A stretch of 63,830 bases of DNA, the filler included, from Sluysia triapertura (lineage: Eukaryota), in NCBI GenBank assembly GCA_046118255.1. It is 5 parts of 5 records of this genome, joined end to end, with 100 filler letters (N's around TTAATTAATTAA, not from the genome) between each part and the next. Parts side by side here need not be neighbours in the genome. Positions count along the whole stretch, not along the records: positions 1 to 11,976 come from JBJNIA010151161.1; positions 12,077 to 27,724 come from JBJNIA010222910.1; 3 more parts are not named here. One strand, 5' to 3'. The translations under genes and the position numbers were made by a program. The notes beneath the pieces are model-generated. The model saw only the letters and a list, made by a program, of their open reading frames with translations. It was not told the DNA's origin and did no database searches. Numbering within the stretch: the stretch's first letter is position 1; each line of letters begins with the position of its first letter. Shown here piece after piece: positions 1-12,559 of this stretch.

Positions 1-6
1 TAATCT

Positions 7-95
7 TTAACTTATTAGTTACAGGAGTGCCAACGATACGTTGTAAGACGCTTACTGTAACCGAACCCTGCTAAAAATATTTTGCTGTAGCTTCA
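7..95 (+). repeat. Structured dispersed repeat, copy 1
   Basis: Homologous in inverted orientation to 62326-62410: GTTGTAAGACG.TTACTGTAACCG.ACCCTGCT...ATTTTGC.GTAG. Confidence 0.75.
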
Positions 96-635
96 CAAGC
101 CTGATTCCTTTTTCTACTTATTTATATTTATTTTTAATATTGTTAACAATGATGTTATCTCTTAAATATTTTAAAGATTCAAATACTTTATAAGGTTACT
201 CAAAGGTTTCAAAGATTCTTAAAGATTGATGAGTCAATGCCTCAAAGTCAAGGGTCTCAACATATTACAAAGGTATTTCGAATTTCACATTTTCGTAATG
301 CCAACATAAATTTAAAATCTACAAGTTTTAAAATATGAAATCAGAAAAGATATCTTTATGATAATTTACAAATTAATTTTAAAACATAATTTCAATTTTT
401 AACAAAATTTAATAGTAATATTTAAAAGTATTAAAAATATTCAGTTTCAATATTAATTTTTTAAACATACAATTTCCAGATTCATTTATATTTTTGAATA
501 TTGATTGATTGAAACATTTCGTCGTAAAGATGATCATATTACAACTCATGAAATTACAATTTATTACCAGTGATTTAATTAGTTAACTTCAAATGGTCTT
601 ATCTTCAATATTGATCATTATTTTATCTTTAATAG

Positions 636-1057
636 CAACTGATATTAATTGTAAAATTAATTTTAAAAAACAATGTTCATTGGACGATAATAAAAATACA
701 ATGGTTAGTAATATTTATCATAATTATTTGAAATATTTTTAAATAGATTTTTCAAGTGGTAACTAATAGTGATAATCCAAAATTAATAACATTTTATAAA
801 AAAGTTCACAAATGTGATTCAGTAAAACAAATGCAATTATTAAGTGATGTATTTGCAAATTATAAAAAGAGTAATTTAATAATTAAATATATTCATAATG
901 TATTAGATACAAGTATAGATTTACGATCACCATTTTGGTTAATTTATCATAAAAATAACTGTACTAAATTTATACAATTTGTGACTTTCAAATATGTTAA
1001 TGAGTCGATAATTCCAGACATCACATTTTGTACTTTGACGATTATAACTGCAATTAA
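636..1057 (+). CDS. Two-exon fragment of an unidentified gene or pseudogene (exons ~636-702 and 748-1057)
   Basis: A 45-nt GTTAGT...ATAG intron joins TDINCKINFKKQCSLDDNKNTM in frame to IFQVVTNSDNPKL...TAIK, ending at a GTAAGT donor. The upstream exon candidate contains stops. Confidence 0.4.
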
Positions 1058-2216
1058 GTAAGTTATGTAAGATTTTTTAAATTTTTTTGTATTAAATAAA
1101 GCATTGTAGCCGTAAGAACGTTTGAAATTAAAATCTATCGAGTTAATAATCAAAATAATGATTGATCTAAAAGTTAAATATATCTTTATGAATCAGTTTG
1201 ATGTGTTTCAAAAAGAATGCACATCATCTCAAATTCACTTCTTATATATTATTAATAAAGAAAGTGAATATTACTTTTAAAAATATCCTTTGAATATTTG
1301 TGTTAATCAAGCTATGATTAAAGAATTTTCAAGTGGTACTAGATATTATATCGATTGAAATTATATCTATTGTTTCTGTTGCTTAGACAAGTCCGTCATT
1401 TTGACGAATATAATAAAATGCATTATTTTGTAAATTATTTATTTAAAATATGTATATTTTTATTCGCAGTAGTCTTCAATACATTTTTACATGTATACTT
1501 GTAAGTAAAACCCTAATCCAAAATTTTATTACTCCAAAAATTCACTAAACTTCCAATCCGTAAACAGTTAATCATTTTCAAAACGTACAACAAACCGCAA
1601 AACTTACTCAGACTATTCTAATTTCAACATTTTCATACAATTATAAATATTCAATCACAAACAACTCTTATTAGAACTTCAATTTCGTTTGTTTTTGCCA
1701 TTGTAGTAAAAAGAAACCGTTTACATAACCAACAACAAATAAATACAAATAGATTATCGATTACAAAAATAAGTTATCTCAAAATACTAGCTTTCAATTC
1801 GAATTCCCTCCAATCACATGATGCATATTCACCCAACACTAACAGTACTTCTTCAAGCAGCTTTAACCGACCCATTCACCAGTGGCAAATCATTCAACCA
1901 ATCAATTCTACACAATAACGCCTCAAACAATCAGTTCATATTAACCTCGATCACCATCTATCTACACTACAACTACAATTCCCAATGTCAATACATTGCC
2001 GCCGACAACAACGTTTATTTTTGAAGTATATTTCAGAGTTAGTGTTGTGACTAAAAAAGAAAAGACCATTTTAGAAATAGATTCACCCGTAAAGGAGCTT
2101 TTGGGAAATTCGTCTCAATGAATAGTTCAATTAAATAATCGTAAATTAGATTCGAAGTTCTACAAATTACCTTTCATAAATAACTCAGTTGAAATTGTTC
2201 AAACTTTGATGGTTTT

Positions 2217-2642
2217 ATGGCTTCTGGTTTTAAAACATTATTACTTGAACAATGCGCTTCTCAATATTTTAAGAAAGTTAAAACTGGTATTGTGATGTGT
2301 TCCATTTCACATATAACAAATCCTATAGTTGCATCCTATAGCACAATTTTATCTTTTGATTTTAAAAAAGATTACATTGGTGAACCTTATAAATGTAACG
2401 CTTTGCTAATTAATGACTATAATGACCTTATTTCAAATAATGTTCATGATAATTTTGAAGAAGGAAAGTTAGATAATATTTTAGCAAGACCTGTGTTAAT
2501 CACGTCAAATCAAATAAGCAATAAAATCTCCAACAAAAAACGCATTCCAGAATTAATCATGCATAATCTTAATATCGTTGTTTTAGTCTACAATGGTTTC
2601 CCATCCAAGAAAGTACATACTTTCGATATAATTTTGTTTTAA
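2217..2642 (+). CDS. Divergent P-loop NTPase-like ORF (possibly an SF3/AAA+ remnant)
   Basis: GFMASGFKT (Walker A-like), LLINDY (Walker B-like) and RPVLITSN (motif C/sensor-like) occur in the correct order; all three are imperfect. Confidence 0.3.
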   Translation: MASGFKTLLLEQCASQYFKKVKTGIVMCSISHITNPIVASYSTILSFDFKKDYIGEPYKCNALLINDYNDLISNNVHDNFEEGKLDNILARPVLITSNQISNKISNKKRIPELIMHNLNIVVLVYNGFPSKKVHTFDIILF

Positions 2643-3703
2643 TAAACAAAATTTTTATTTCGTGTTTATTTTTCTGATAAATTAATTGTTCGTTATTTAG
2701 GATTAAATCTGTTAAGATGATAAAATTCAAATTTTCATAAATCTGACTTGGTGTGAATTTTAAGTTTTTGATTCAAATGTAAATGTTTTAAAATCATTAA
2801 AATGTTCGAGTTAAATGAATCGAATTGTTATTCAAACAATTTAAAGTTTCTAATATATCTAAATTGTGTAAAATATTCGGAGAAATATTTAAATACAAAG
2901 CGTAGCAAGAAAATTCTATTAGATTTTTTACATTAATAAACTTTCATTAATAAATTTCACTTTATTAGAACAAACGTATGAGTAATTCAATCTAACTAAT
3001 TAGATAAACTTGGATTGGCTTCTTTGAAATTATTAATAAATATATTTAAATAATTCAGTGTAGATTAAAGACGGTATTATTATTTATTATTATTAAACAA
3101 ATTCAAAAGCAAGATAAATATCTATCAAACATTATATGAAATAATAAAATAATTATTAAAAATAGTTTAAAATTAGTTAAAATAATTAAATCACTTGAAA
3201 TGTTTTTCACTTTGTTATTATATAAACCACATTGTGAGAACAAGCTATCCAGAATATTGCCTAGATTTCGTTTAATTAACATTAATATTCTGTTTTAATC
3301 GTAAGTAAAAGGAATTAATTCATTGTGGTAAAAGCTTTTGATAGCTAATGATCTTAAATTATTTTTAAAATTTAAATTTAACTTAATTTTAACTCCATAA
3401 AATTTAAGATTAATTTTTATTATAATTCGTTTAATGAAAATATTTTGTTCAAAAAAAATTATTATACAATTACACAGAAAAAATTTTAAACAACAATATG
3501 AAAATTTATTTTTAAAGACATTTAATTTTTGCACTTGGGTCCTATACGTGATCGATTTGTTGTTGTTGTTGTTGTTGTTGTTCCACCTGTAAATAAAAAA
3601 TAAGAATAATAGCAATTGTTAATACATGACGAATATAAGTAGATGTCACTTACATTTGCTTGATATCTGAAATGATAGAAGTTATTTGAATCTGATTCAA
3701 CAG

Positions 3704-4200
3704 CTATGAAACTCGTTGAATGTAGTGGCCGTAAATTGATTTGTGTCGTTCACATAGCCCAAGCTCGTGAATGGTATGAACATATCTGCAGTGAGAGCCA
3801 TACCATAAACAGATGCCTTTGGCGTTAGCAGTCGATGGACATAAAATAGTTGAACTAATAAGTTTTCGTTTATATGACTTATAGTAATCTTGCTCATACT
3901 CTTTATGTTGATAGTCATTGCTAACATGTTCTTCCTCAATACTATAATTTTTATGTTTAACTTCAATAACGGCATAAGCATAGTTTTTATCCTTATGAGA
4001 ATTCATTATATTAAAAGTATAATAATAAATGTTGGAAACATATATTATTTTCAAATGCATTAAAACATTCAAGTTTATAAAATTTGTCTTGACGGTACGT
4101 AAGGAGAACATCATTTCCTTCTTGGTTATTGGTTTTATCATTGATATATTTCCTTCTCATAATTTGCCTAATTTCACGTCCAGCATTAATATCTTTATCA
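3704..4200 (-). pseudogene. Tandem CCCH zinc-finger protein (TIS11/POS-1-like) remnant
   Basis: LCPSTANAKGICLWYGSHCRYVHTIHEL (C-x9-C-x6-C-x3-H-EL) lies in ORF 3704-4141. An upstream frame gives FYKLEC-x8-C, a broken first finger, implying a frameshift. Confidence 0.5.
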
Positions 4201-4311
4201 TCGTTAGCTATATTTATTATGAAAACTCATACACGGAACGTTGTTATTTTATTCTATTTATTATCAATTACATTTTATTATTATTGTTTAAATCATTATT
4301 ATTATCATCTC

Positions 4312-4312
<1 letters not shown>

Positions 4313-4360
<48 letters not shown>
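4313..4360. repeat. (TAT)n microsatellite
   Basis: About 16 units; explains the poly-L and poly-Y ORFs here. Confidence 0.95.
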
Positions 4361-7099
4361 GTTGTTGGGCTGATTAGACAATTTGTGATTAAATGATAAT
4401 GTGATTAAATAATAATAAACAATTTTATTATGAAAATATTAATTATTATTTTTATTTATTTTTTTATATTTTATTTTATTCTAAAAATATTATGGATATT
4501 ATAATAAATTTAAATAGTTAAAAAATATTATAAATATTTAAAACCAATTTAATTTGTTTAAATCAAGTAAATATCAAGTTAATATCAACAATAAATATCA
4601 ATACAAGATGGCGGACATAAAAATAGTATAAAAGACAAGAATTTTAAAACAATAATTAGAACAGAATTTTAACATGATCTTTTGCAGCGCTTTGGTATCA
4701 ATATGTGTCGTAGAATAGAATGTTTCCATGTACTAAGTAATTCGGTTTTGCATAAGTATTTATAACTTTGCCACAGGAAAGTTCAAACTCTTTACTTAAA
4801 ATTATTAACGGAGTTGCAAGACCATAATTAGGCTTGCTTAATTTAATTTTTTAACTAATAAATAATTACTAAAATGAAAGATCGTAAGTAATTAAAATAA
4901 AATTACTATTGTTATTATAATTTCATTTTATCTGCATCAAAGGTGTCTTATTTTGTATCAAAGGCATTTTTTGAATAAAGTTTTAGGGTGTTACGGATTG
5001 TTATTATATTTACATTTAAAATCAGTTGAAAGATTTACTAGACCTTAGTAAGGCTAGTTTAACGTTTAAAATAATTAATTTTTTATTGGATACGCTAGAC
5101 CATAATTGGCTAGTTTAACGTTAATTTGAATTAAAGTTTAATTGAGTAGTATAACTTATTAAGTTAGCATTGATCATGTGTGAGATAACGTTCTACTTGA
5201 CAAGTCTAGATCTTTTACGCATATTAAAAAATCCTAATAGACCGCCTTCGGTCAAACATAAGCCGTCTCTATTAGGTGGACTCGCTTCCAGAATTGTATT
5301 TGCACGCTGTCACTTATGACATTAAAATGTGATTATAAATTACAAAATTTAATTTGCAACTCTCATCATCGATAGTTCTTTTCTCTCATTGAATTGATTA
5401 ATATTTGTCTTATTAGTCGTCCAATCAGAATTCGTCACTAATTCCAATTACCCATTTAACCACAATATCATCATTGAACCACAATAAATGCAGATAGAAT
5501 AATTTTAAAATATACATTAACGACAAATTTAAATTACATTCACGAATATTTTATGTAAAGATCGTCTATTCAATTATTATTAATTTTGTAGCCAGAATAA
5601 AAAGAGCAAAAATATCAAAGAATATCAAAAATGTTTAGAATTAGAAATCAAAATTATATTACAAAAAGTATTGTTATCTTCAATGTCTTACAAAAAATTT
5701 AATGATAGTCATCATTCAAAAATTCATTATGACGATAATGTTCATCATCAGGCCTATACATACTTTAATTCTAATGCGTATAATGATCTAACGAATAATA
5801 AAAAGTCTATAAAGGATTTCTATAATCAATTTGATACAAAGCAACGTGCTAACATCATTAGTAGTCAGATAAAATCATGTGATCTTATCCCAACTTCAAG
5901 AGATAATGAAGTTTCAACTTAAATTAATTTACAAAATGCTTTTAAAAATCCTGACAATTCAAATGATAGAAATAAATATTTCGTGTTGCCAAATAAGTAT
6001 ATCTTAATGATCAAAAATGAACAATATTCATCATTTCAATCGGTGTTGCTATATCTTCCTTATTCAGCAATACTCATGATGCCGTTCTAAACTTAGCATT
6101 AACTGGCCATTCGATTCCGAATCTTATCCCAAAAGCCAATATCTCTACTTTATCGTTTAGTAATAATAAAGTTATATCAATTCCCCTTCTCGTTTACAAA
6201 TTAAAGAAGCTGAATTAAACTCAGTAACTGAACATTATCGTAATGAAATAATTATTTCAATTATTTCAATATGGCTATAGTATATGTTGAGGCAATTATG
6301 AACAAAATTTTCATATAATTAATAAATTATATTAAGATTTACTTTAATTTTAATTTTTATAATTTTCACGAATTAGCTAATTTAATAATACTTAATGATA
6401 GTAAAGCTAAAAAAACTATGATTTATAGGCATCAATTCATAATAATACTCCAATATTATAAAACATTATTTATTTTTGGACAAATAAATTTTAAACTTTA
6501 CAAATCATAAAAAACAAAAAGATATTATCTTTAACAAAAAATATAACAATGTTTTAAAAGTTATTTTAAAAACTATATAGAAGTAATAATTTAAACCAAG
6601 TCAAATAGTATAATTTTATGAAAAATATATTTTAAATTATTAATTTTTTTTAATTAGTATGATTAATTTTTGTAATTATATATTCAATTATTTATTTCAA
6701 ATTATTAATAAAATAATTTTGTAGATATTTTCTTTATCGATCAAGCGATATCTTATTGAATATGATGAACGAAGTAGTTGATAAATTATTTATTGATCCA
6801 ATCGTGAAAAATTCACCAATAACAATCTTGGTATATACCTACAATGTAACCCATACAGTGGTTCAAGGTTTTGTAACTGAAAATCATAAATAAATGTGAC
6901 TGTGTTTGTTTAGTTTAAGCTTGTTAAATATGAATACAAATTCGTAAGGTTTTGTAAGGTTTAAAATTTATAATTGGATATTTTTTAAATATTTTTCAAT
7001 AAAAAATTAACAAAAACTAGATAAATTAAAATATAATTTTTACAATGTGTTACAAATTATTACATTAATTTAATTTTCATATATCACACTTACAATGTG

Positions 7100-7570
7100 G
7101 TATTTCACAATATCTCTCTTATGTAACGCTTTCTTATGCAATCAGATATTTTTTGTAACTAAATAATTATCCCATATATCTTATAAGTACGACTATTCTG
7201 TGTATTGAATAATGTGAAGTCAAATGAGGTATGTGTAAAGCACGGGCTTCCTCAGGAATCAATACTTGTTCCATAAAGATATTTCATGTGTAATCGAATC
7301 ATATGGTTTTAAATACCATATATATATATATATTGATGACGTGCAAATGCACATTGAATTTGAAATGAACACCATAGAAAATACTATTTAAAAAGCAGAA
7401 GAACTAGTATCTGAATTGATAAAATGGTTTGGAAATAAATACTTGAAAATAATCAATGAAGAAAAGTCAGAATTTATAATCTTCAGTAATAAAAAATAGC
7501 TACAATACCAAAATAAACGAAACAAAGTTGAAACAGTAGATGAAAAATATAGGTTGTTATATGGATTCAA
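7100..7570 (+). mobile_element. Non-LTR retrotransposon (L2/CR1-type) reverse-transcriptase relic
   Basis: VKHGLPQESILVP (GVPQGS.LGP), YHIY...IDDVQ (YADD) and INEEKSEFIIF (N..KTE), with stops and frameshifts. Confidence 0.75.
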
Positions 7571-7859
7571 AAACATTAATTGTATTGTTAAAAAGTGTTC
7601 GAAAATTTATTAATAGATGTAGTGATTCACCCAATAATCCAAAATTTTACATAACCAAGTTATCTATCAACATAAAACAAAATTAATTATTTAAACAATT
7701 ATTACATTAAATAAACAATTAATGAAATTTTCAACACACACATTAAATATGCATTTTATTCTATCGTGTTTGAAGTCTTTCTGATGTTTTGAAACGTTTC
7801 TTTTTATATAAATTTTAACTTCTCACATTTTCTAAAGTAATAAGATGTGAAATAATTAT

Positions 7860-8125
7860 TTTAATGTATGGTTATATTGTATCTATTTTTCGTATTATGT
7901 TTACAGATTTATTTTAAATTACGTATTTATTGTCAAGGATTATCATTGGATTAATACTTTTTTTAAAAAATCAGCATTTAATACTAATACCATTTCGTTT
8001 TCATATAATAGAATTTTAGCAACTATTGTTTGGGGCCTTTCGTTGTGGCTACTTAAGCATTATCGTGATTATTTGTAAATCATCAATGATTTATATTTCT
8101 GAATGTTCAAAAAAAAGGAATGTAT
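7860..8125 (+). pseudogene. PXMP4/PMP24-like peroxisomal membrane protein, C-terminal fragment
   Basis: *ITYLLSRIIIGL..., ILATIVWGLSLWLLKHYRDYL* and KSSMIYISE resemble PXMP4 YLLSR / VWGLVLWLFE / QSSMTYLYE. Stops and frameshifts are present. Confidence 0.55.
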
Positions 8126-8408
8126 GTTATTTATCTACGTGTTTATGTATTAAACATAAGAATTTATGCTATTTTAAAGCTGCATAAAGAGACCTGTAGA
8201 AGAAAATGGTGTTTTTAATAAAAGCTTTATTTTATTTCTAATAGAATTAGACAAATTTTATGATAAATATATAAGTTTTATACGTTACAAAAATAAATTA
8301 TAATAATTAAAAACAATTAATTATTGATTGGTGGATGAAATATGGTCAGTTTGAATGTTTCGTATTAGATTCTAAAATATTTAGCGTTCGTAGTAGACAT
8401 TTTATTCA

Positions 8409-9035
8409 ATGACTTCCAAAACAAGTAATACGTCAGATAAGAAACTACAAAAGATAGTTTCTAATTTAATCTCAACAGTTATTATGTCTTCATGTCAACA
8501 GAGTGTTCAGTATCAGAATTTAATAAACATTTTTGATGTTTTAAACATTAATATAGATAATGTTTTAGATATTAAAATTCGTAATGAACCACCTTTTATT
8601 TTTGTTGTTTTTGATGATAAACGTTATGTTTAAGATGCTGTACGTGATCGTTATGGTTATTTAGATGAATTTTCTTTACGAATTGAATTTTCTCAAGATT
8701 TTAAACGAAGTACTTCGCGTCGTCATAACTATAAAGATCCCAGATTTTATCACGATTCAGATAACAGACGTATTAGTAATATTAGTAATAGTGAACATTT
8801 AATACTACAGAAACGTACGTACCAAAATCATATAGATACTACTCATCCATCGGATATTTATTACAATGATTATCGTAATATTGCTCATATTCATAATTAT
8901 AATAACATTAATTCTATCAATCAACATATTTATTATTCTATTTGTTATCATTTATTATCAACACTTCCAGCTTTACTCGGCTCATGGGACAAAGTTTGTA
9001 AACGTCAAAAATTACTAAACTTTATGTGTCATTAG
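8409..9035 (+). pseudogene. SRSF1/SRSF9-like SR splicing factor, intronless, with one in-frame TAA
   Basis: DIKIRNEPPFIFVVFDDKRYV*DAVRDRYGYLDEFSLRIEFSQ matches SRSF1 RRM1 (PPFAFVEFEDPRDAEDAV..RDGY.YDG.RLRVEF). The later LPALLGSWD echoes RRM2 GLP.SGSWQD. The frame stays open from the TAA (8631-8633) to TAG at 9033-9035. Confidence 0.8.
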
Positions 9036-11976
9036 TAAGCGATTTTTATTCTGAAATTTTTGTCTAAAAGTTGTGTTATATATAATAAATTAACTAAAAC
9101 ATATTGTTTTTATATACGAATTGAATTCTAATAAAGTAAGGGTCCTTAATACCCATATTTATATTAAAGATACGAGCAATTTCGTAATTATATTATTAAA
9201 ATTTAAAAATTTTATTTTACTAACCGATAAGAGTTTTTATTAATGATCATGTTTTTAATTTTTATAAACTTCTAATCCAACCATTACAACCACTTACAAC
9301 ATTTAACATTCTTCGGTTTAACATTCTTATGATAATGTAAATATTGAAAATAAGACTTGTTTATTTTATTTTATAAATATTGTATATTTTATTTTATTAT
9401 TTGATAAAATTATATATTTGAAAATATTATATATTATAAAAAAGATAAAATAAAATCTAATAAAAAATAATATTGTAAAGAAAAATAATAAAATTTCATT
9501 CGTTAATAAAATTGTTTTATTATTATTCCATTTTTCAATAAATTTGTTTTTCTCCATTTGTAAACAAATATGGTGGATTATTATATATAAATACATGGGA
9601 TTTATTTGGATTTTGCCATAATTCAAAAGTATAACAAAAAGGCACAACGATAATAAAAATTGGAGATTCAAGCAGCTTCTTAATTTCCATGTCAAAGTAA
9701 GATTTTTTGTATAAGCTTTTAATATTCCTAACATTAATAAAGGAACTTAAAATCTTCAACTTCATCCCAGACCTTACAAGCTAGGTTAATTTATATTTAA
9801 ATTCAATATAACACTAAGATCGGTAAATCTTAAGAGTTAATTAAATTAATATTACTATTATATTTATTTTATTGTAATGCTACGCATGTTTATAATTGTT
9901 CACTGAATACTGCAACATTTAAAACCTTGTTTATCTGATATTGATAAACGCTTCGGTTGTAGTTGTAATTGGCCTGATAATTGTGGTAATTTTATAGTTA
10001 GTATTCATGCTAATATTTATGTTCATATTACTGATAATGTAAAAGTTATTTGTTTAGATACCTAAAGAAAAACATTATATGCTCGTCAAAATCGTGTTGA
10101 TAAAGTAGTAAAGTTCCTAGAATTAAAATTTGGAAACATTACGCAAAATGACTTATAACCCAAAATATGTTAATACTAGATTGGTAGAAAGATCTGTTTT
10201 GTCAAAATAGATAACAAAGCTAAATTAGAATGTTATAGCCATGATAATCTTAATAATTCATAAGCTTTCTTATCTATGCGTTATCACTAAACGTTATGCT
10301 ACTTTATATGCTCATTATGGTCTACGAAATAGTAAAATTTTTCGAGTTAAAATTTGGTGAGAAGTTAAGTCATTTTTTTCGCATAGTTGTTTAGAAATAG
10401 ATTTAAATCATTACAATAAATTTTGTTATACATATAAACTTATTGTCGAAGATTATCTTTCTGTTATAGAACATTAAACACAACTCGAGTCTAGTTTTCT
10501 TGGCATAAATAAATATTTAAATTTTAATCTAAAGGATAGAATACTTGAATAGGACATAACTCCACACGGAAGAACTATTCGTATACAATTAAAGCCGAGT
10601 TTGTTCCACAGCAATGTCGAAAATTGTTAAGACTAGAAGAAAAATGTTGCAAAATAGCAGATTAACCCGAGTCAGTATCATTACCAAAAGGTATTTAGTA
10701 ACTTTTAATATTTGTTTTTATCTATTTGGTGTCAATTTTTTTCTTGATATTTCGTTTATTCTTTGTTTAGGATAACCCTGCTCCTTAATGTCAAGTTTGT
10801 TTTTCACCCCAAAGTCATATATAGTAGAATTGAAATCCAAAAAAAATTGTAAAAACTAATAAACTTTCGTTCAATGTGTTTGGTATTCAGATTGAAATAA
10901 ATCTGAGCCGAACCTTATTATTAAATTGTGCTTTTAATAAATCAATTTATAACGTCTAGTCTTAAATGTTTATAACGATTCATCCACGCTGCCTTGCAGT
11001 TATAATTAAGTTTAAGAACTCACGTCTCTTAATTCTATTTTTACGCTGTAAACATTCCTTTGCTATTAATCGAACTAATAATACTAATAATCTTATATTA
11101 TTAGTTATTGCCATCCTCCCTTCAAGCACAATGAAAACTACAAAATCTTTGTCTAAAATATGCGCTAAAGCAATGTCAACAAACTTATTCTTAAACAAAC
11201 TCATAACAAGTATGACTAATCACACAGTAGATAATTACAACATGAACTCATACACAACAAACTCAACATTAATAACCAACACTCCAATATTCCTAACATC
11301 TACACTCACTAGATTGGTCTCCATTGATCCTTTACGGAAAAACTGTTTATTCAATAAAATCTCGATACTTCGAATATTATCTGGTATGAAATTCTTACAT
11401 TTAATGGTAGTCTGTTTAGATTTTTTAAATAAATTATGCTAATCTTTAATCTTTATGCTAGTTTAATCTTTTGATAGTTTATGCTGGCAGATTTGAGATT
11501 ACGCATAATGACAAAATGTTGAAGCAATTTCAAAGTTACGATAATTAAGTATTTTATTATTTACCATAAATTTAATAAGGAAAGTACAAAATTTTACTAC
11601 TGATATCACTTGTTTATCTACTTTTAATCTTTTGATATTTTCAGTATTATTTTTGATAAATTAATTTTATTACCACATAGTCTCATTTAATTTCGAAAAT
11701 TTAGACTCTAGGCACTTTATGTATGTGCTCGTGTCTCGTTCAAAATAATGTTAAAATGTCTAAAATATTTACAATTAATAAATTTCAGTTAAATGAAATC
11801 ATTTCTTTTGATTTTATTTTTATTTAATGTTGTAATCTCTGACACCTTTAAGAAATAATCATTGATACTTTAAAATAATTTATGGTCTCAACCTAACATA
11901 TTAATAATTTCATATAGAAAGTGCTATAGTTGCAATTATTATTGAATAGTTAAGAAATATTTCTTCAAATAAAAAC

Positions 11977-12076
11977 NNNNNNNNNNNNNNNNNNNNNNNN
12001 NNNNNNNNNNNNNNNNNNNNTTAATTAATTAANNNNNNNNNNNNNNNNNNNNNNNNNNNNNNNNNNNNNNNNNNNN
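11977..12076. other. Artificial contig-joining spacer
   Basis: 44 N + TTAATTAATTAA (stops in all six frames) + 44 N = 100 nt. Confidence 0.97.
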
Positions 12077-12230
12077 CTCATCAAATTAGATTATACGGTT
12101 TCTTTGTTCTAAGATTGTACTTAGAAATCTGAAGGTCGATTTTTGATATAAACAAAATCCATTGAAATATTAAGTCAAACTTTTCATATTCGTGAATCAA
12201 AGCTAATTCGATTATTTTTAGCTGAGTATA

Positions 12231-12231
<1 letters not shown>

Positions 12232-12299
<68 letters not shown>
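12232..12299. repeat. (AAT)n microsatellite
   Basis: About 22 units. Confidence 0.95.
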
Positions 12300-12300
<1 letters not shown>

Positions 12301-12559
12301 TCACTCAAATATTCAAAATGGCCTCCATGCCTTCATTTTATGCACAACATTAAGAATGGCAAGTAAATCTTTTTCAGTATGTTTATGTGCTTCCAAGTGG
12401 CCCAAAAAATCAAATTAAAAATGAGCCAATGAAAATCAAAAAAATTAACCGGCTAATAATAAACAAAATAAAAAAATATGGCTACCAAAAAATTATAGAC
12501 AGAAATATTTCAGACTGACGTAAAGCTGAGCTAAATAACTGCCAAAAAAATTAGTGCAA

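Noticed and set aside
4029-4377. Poly-Leu/Tyr ORFs here, and poly-Ile ORFs at 12081-12308 and 19486-19779
   Set aside because: These are translations of (AAT)n microsatellites.
5671-6230. Coding-like region with stops
   Set aside because: No recognisable family; a call cannot be supported.
12021-12032. Recurrent TTAATTAATTAA as a biological repeat
   Set aside because: It is always centred in 44 N + 44 N, so it is an assembly linker.
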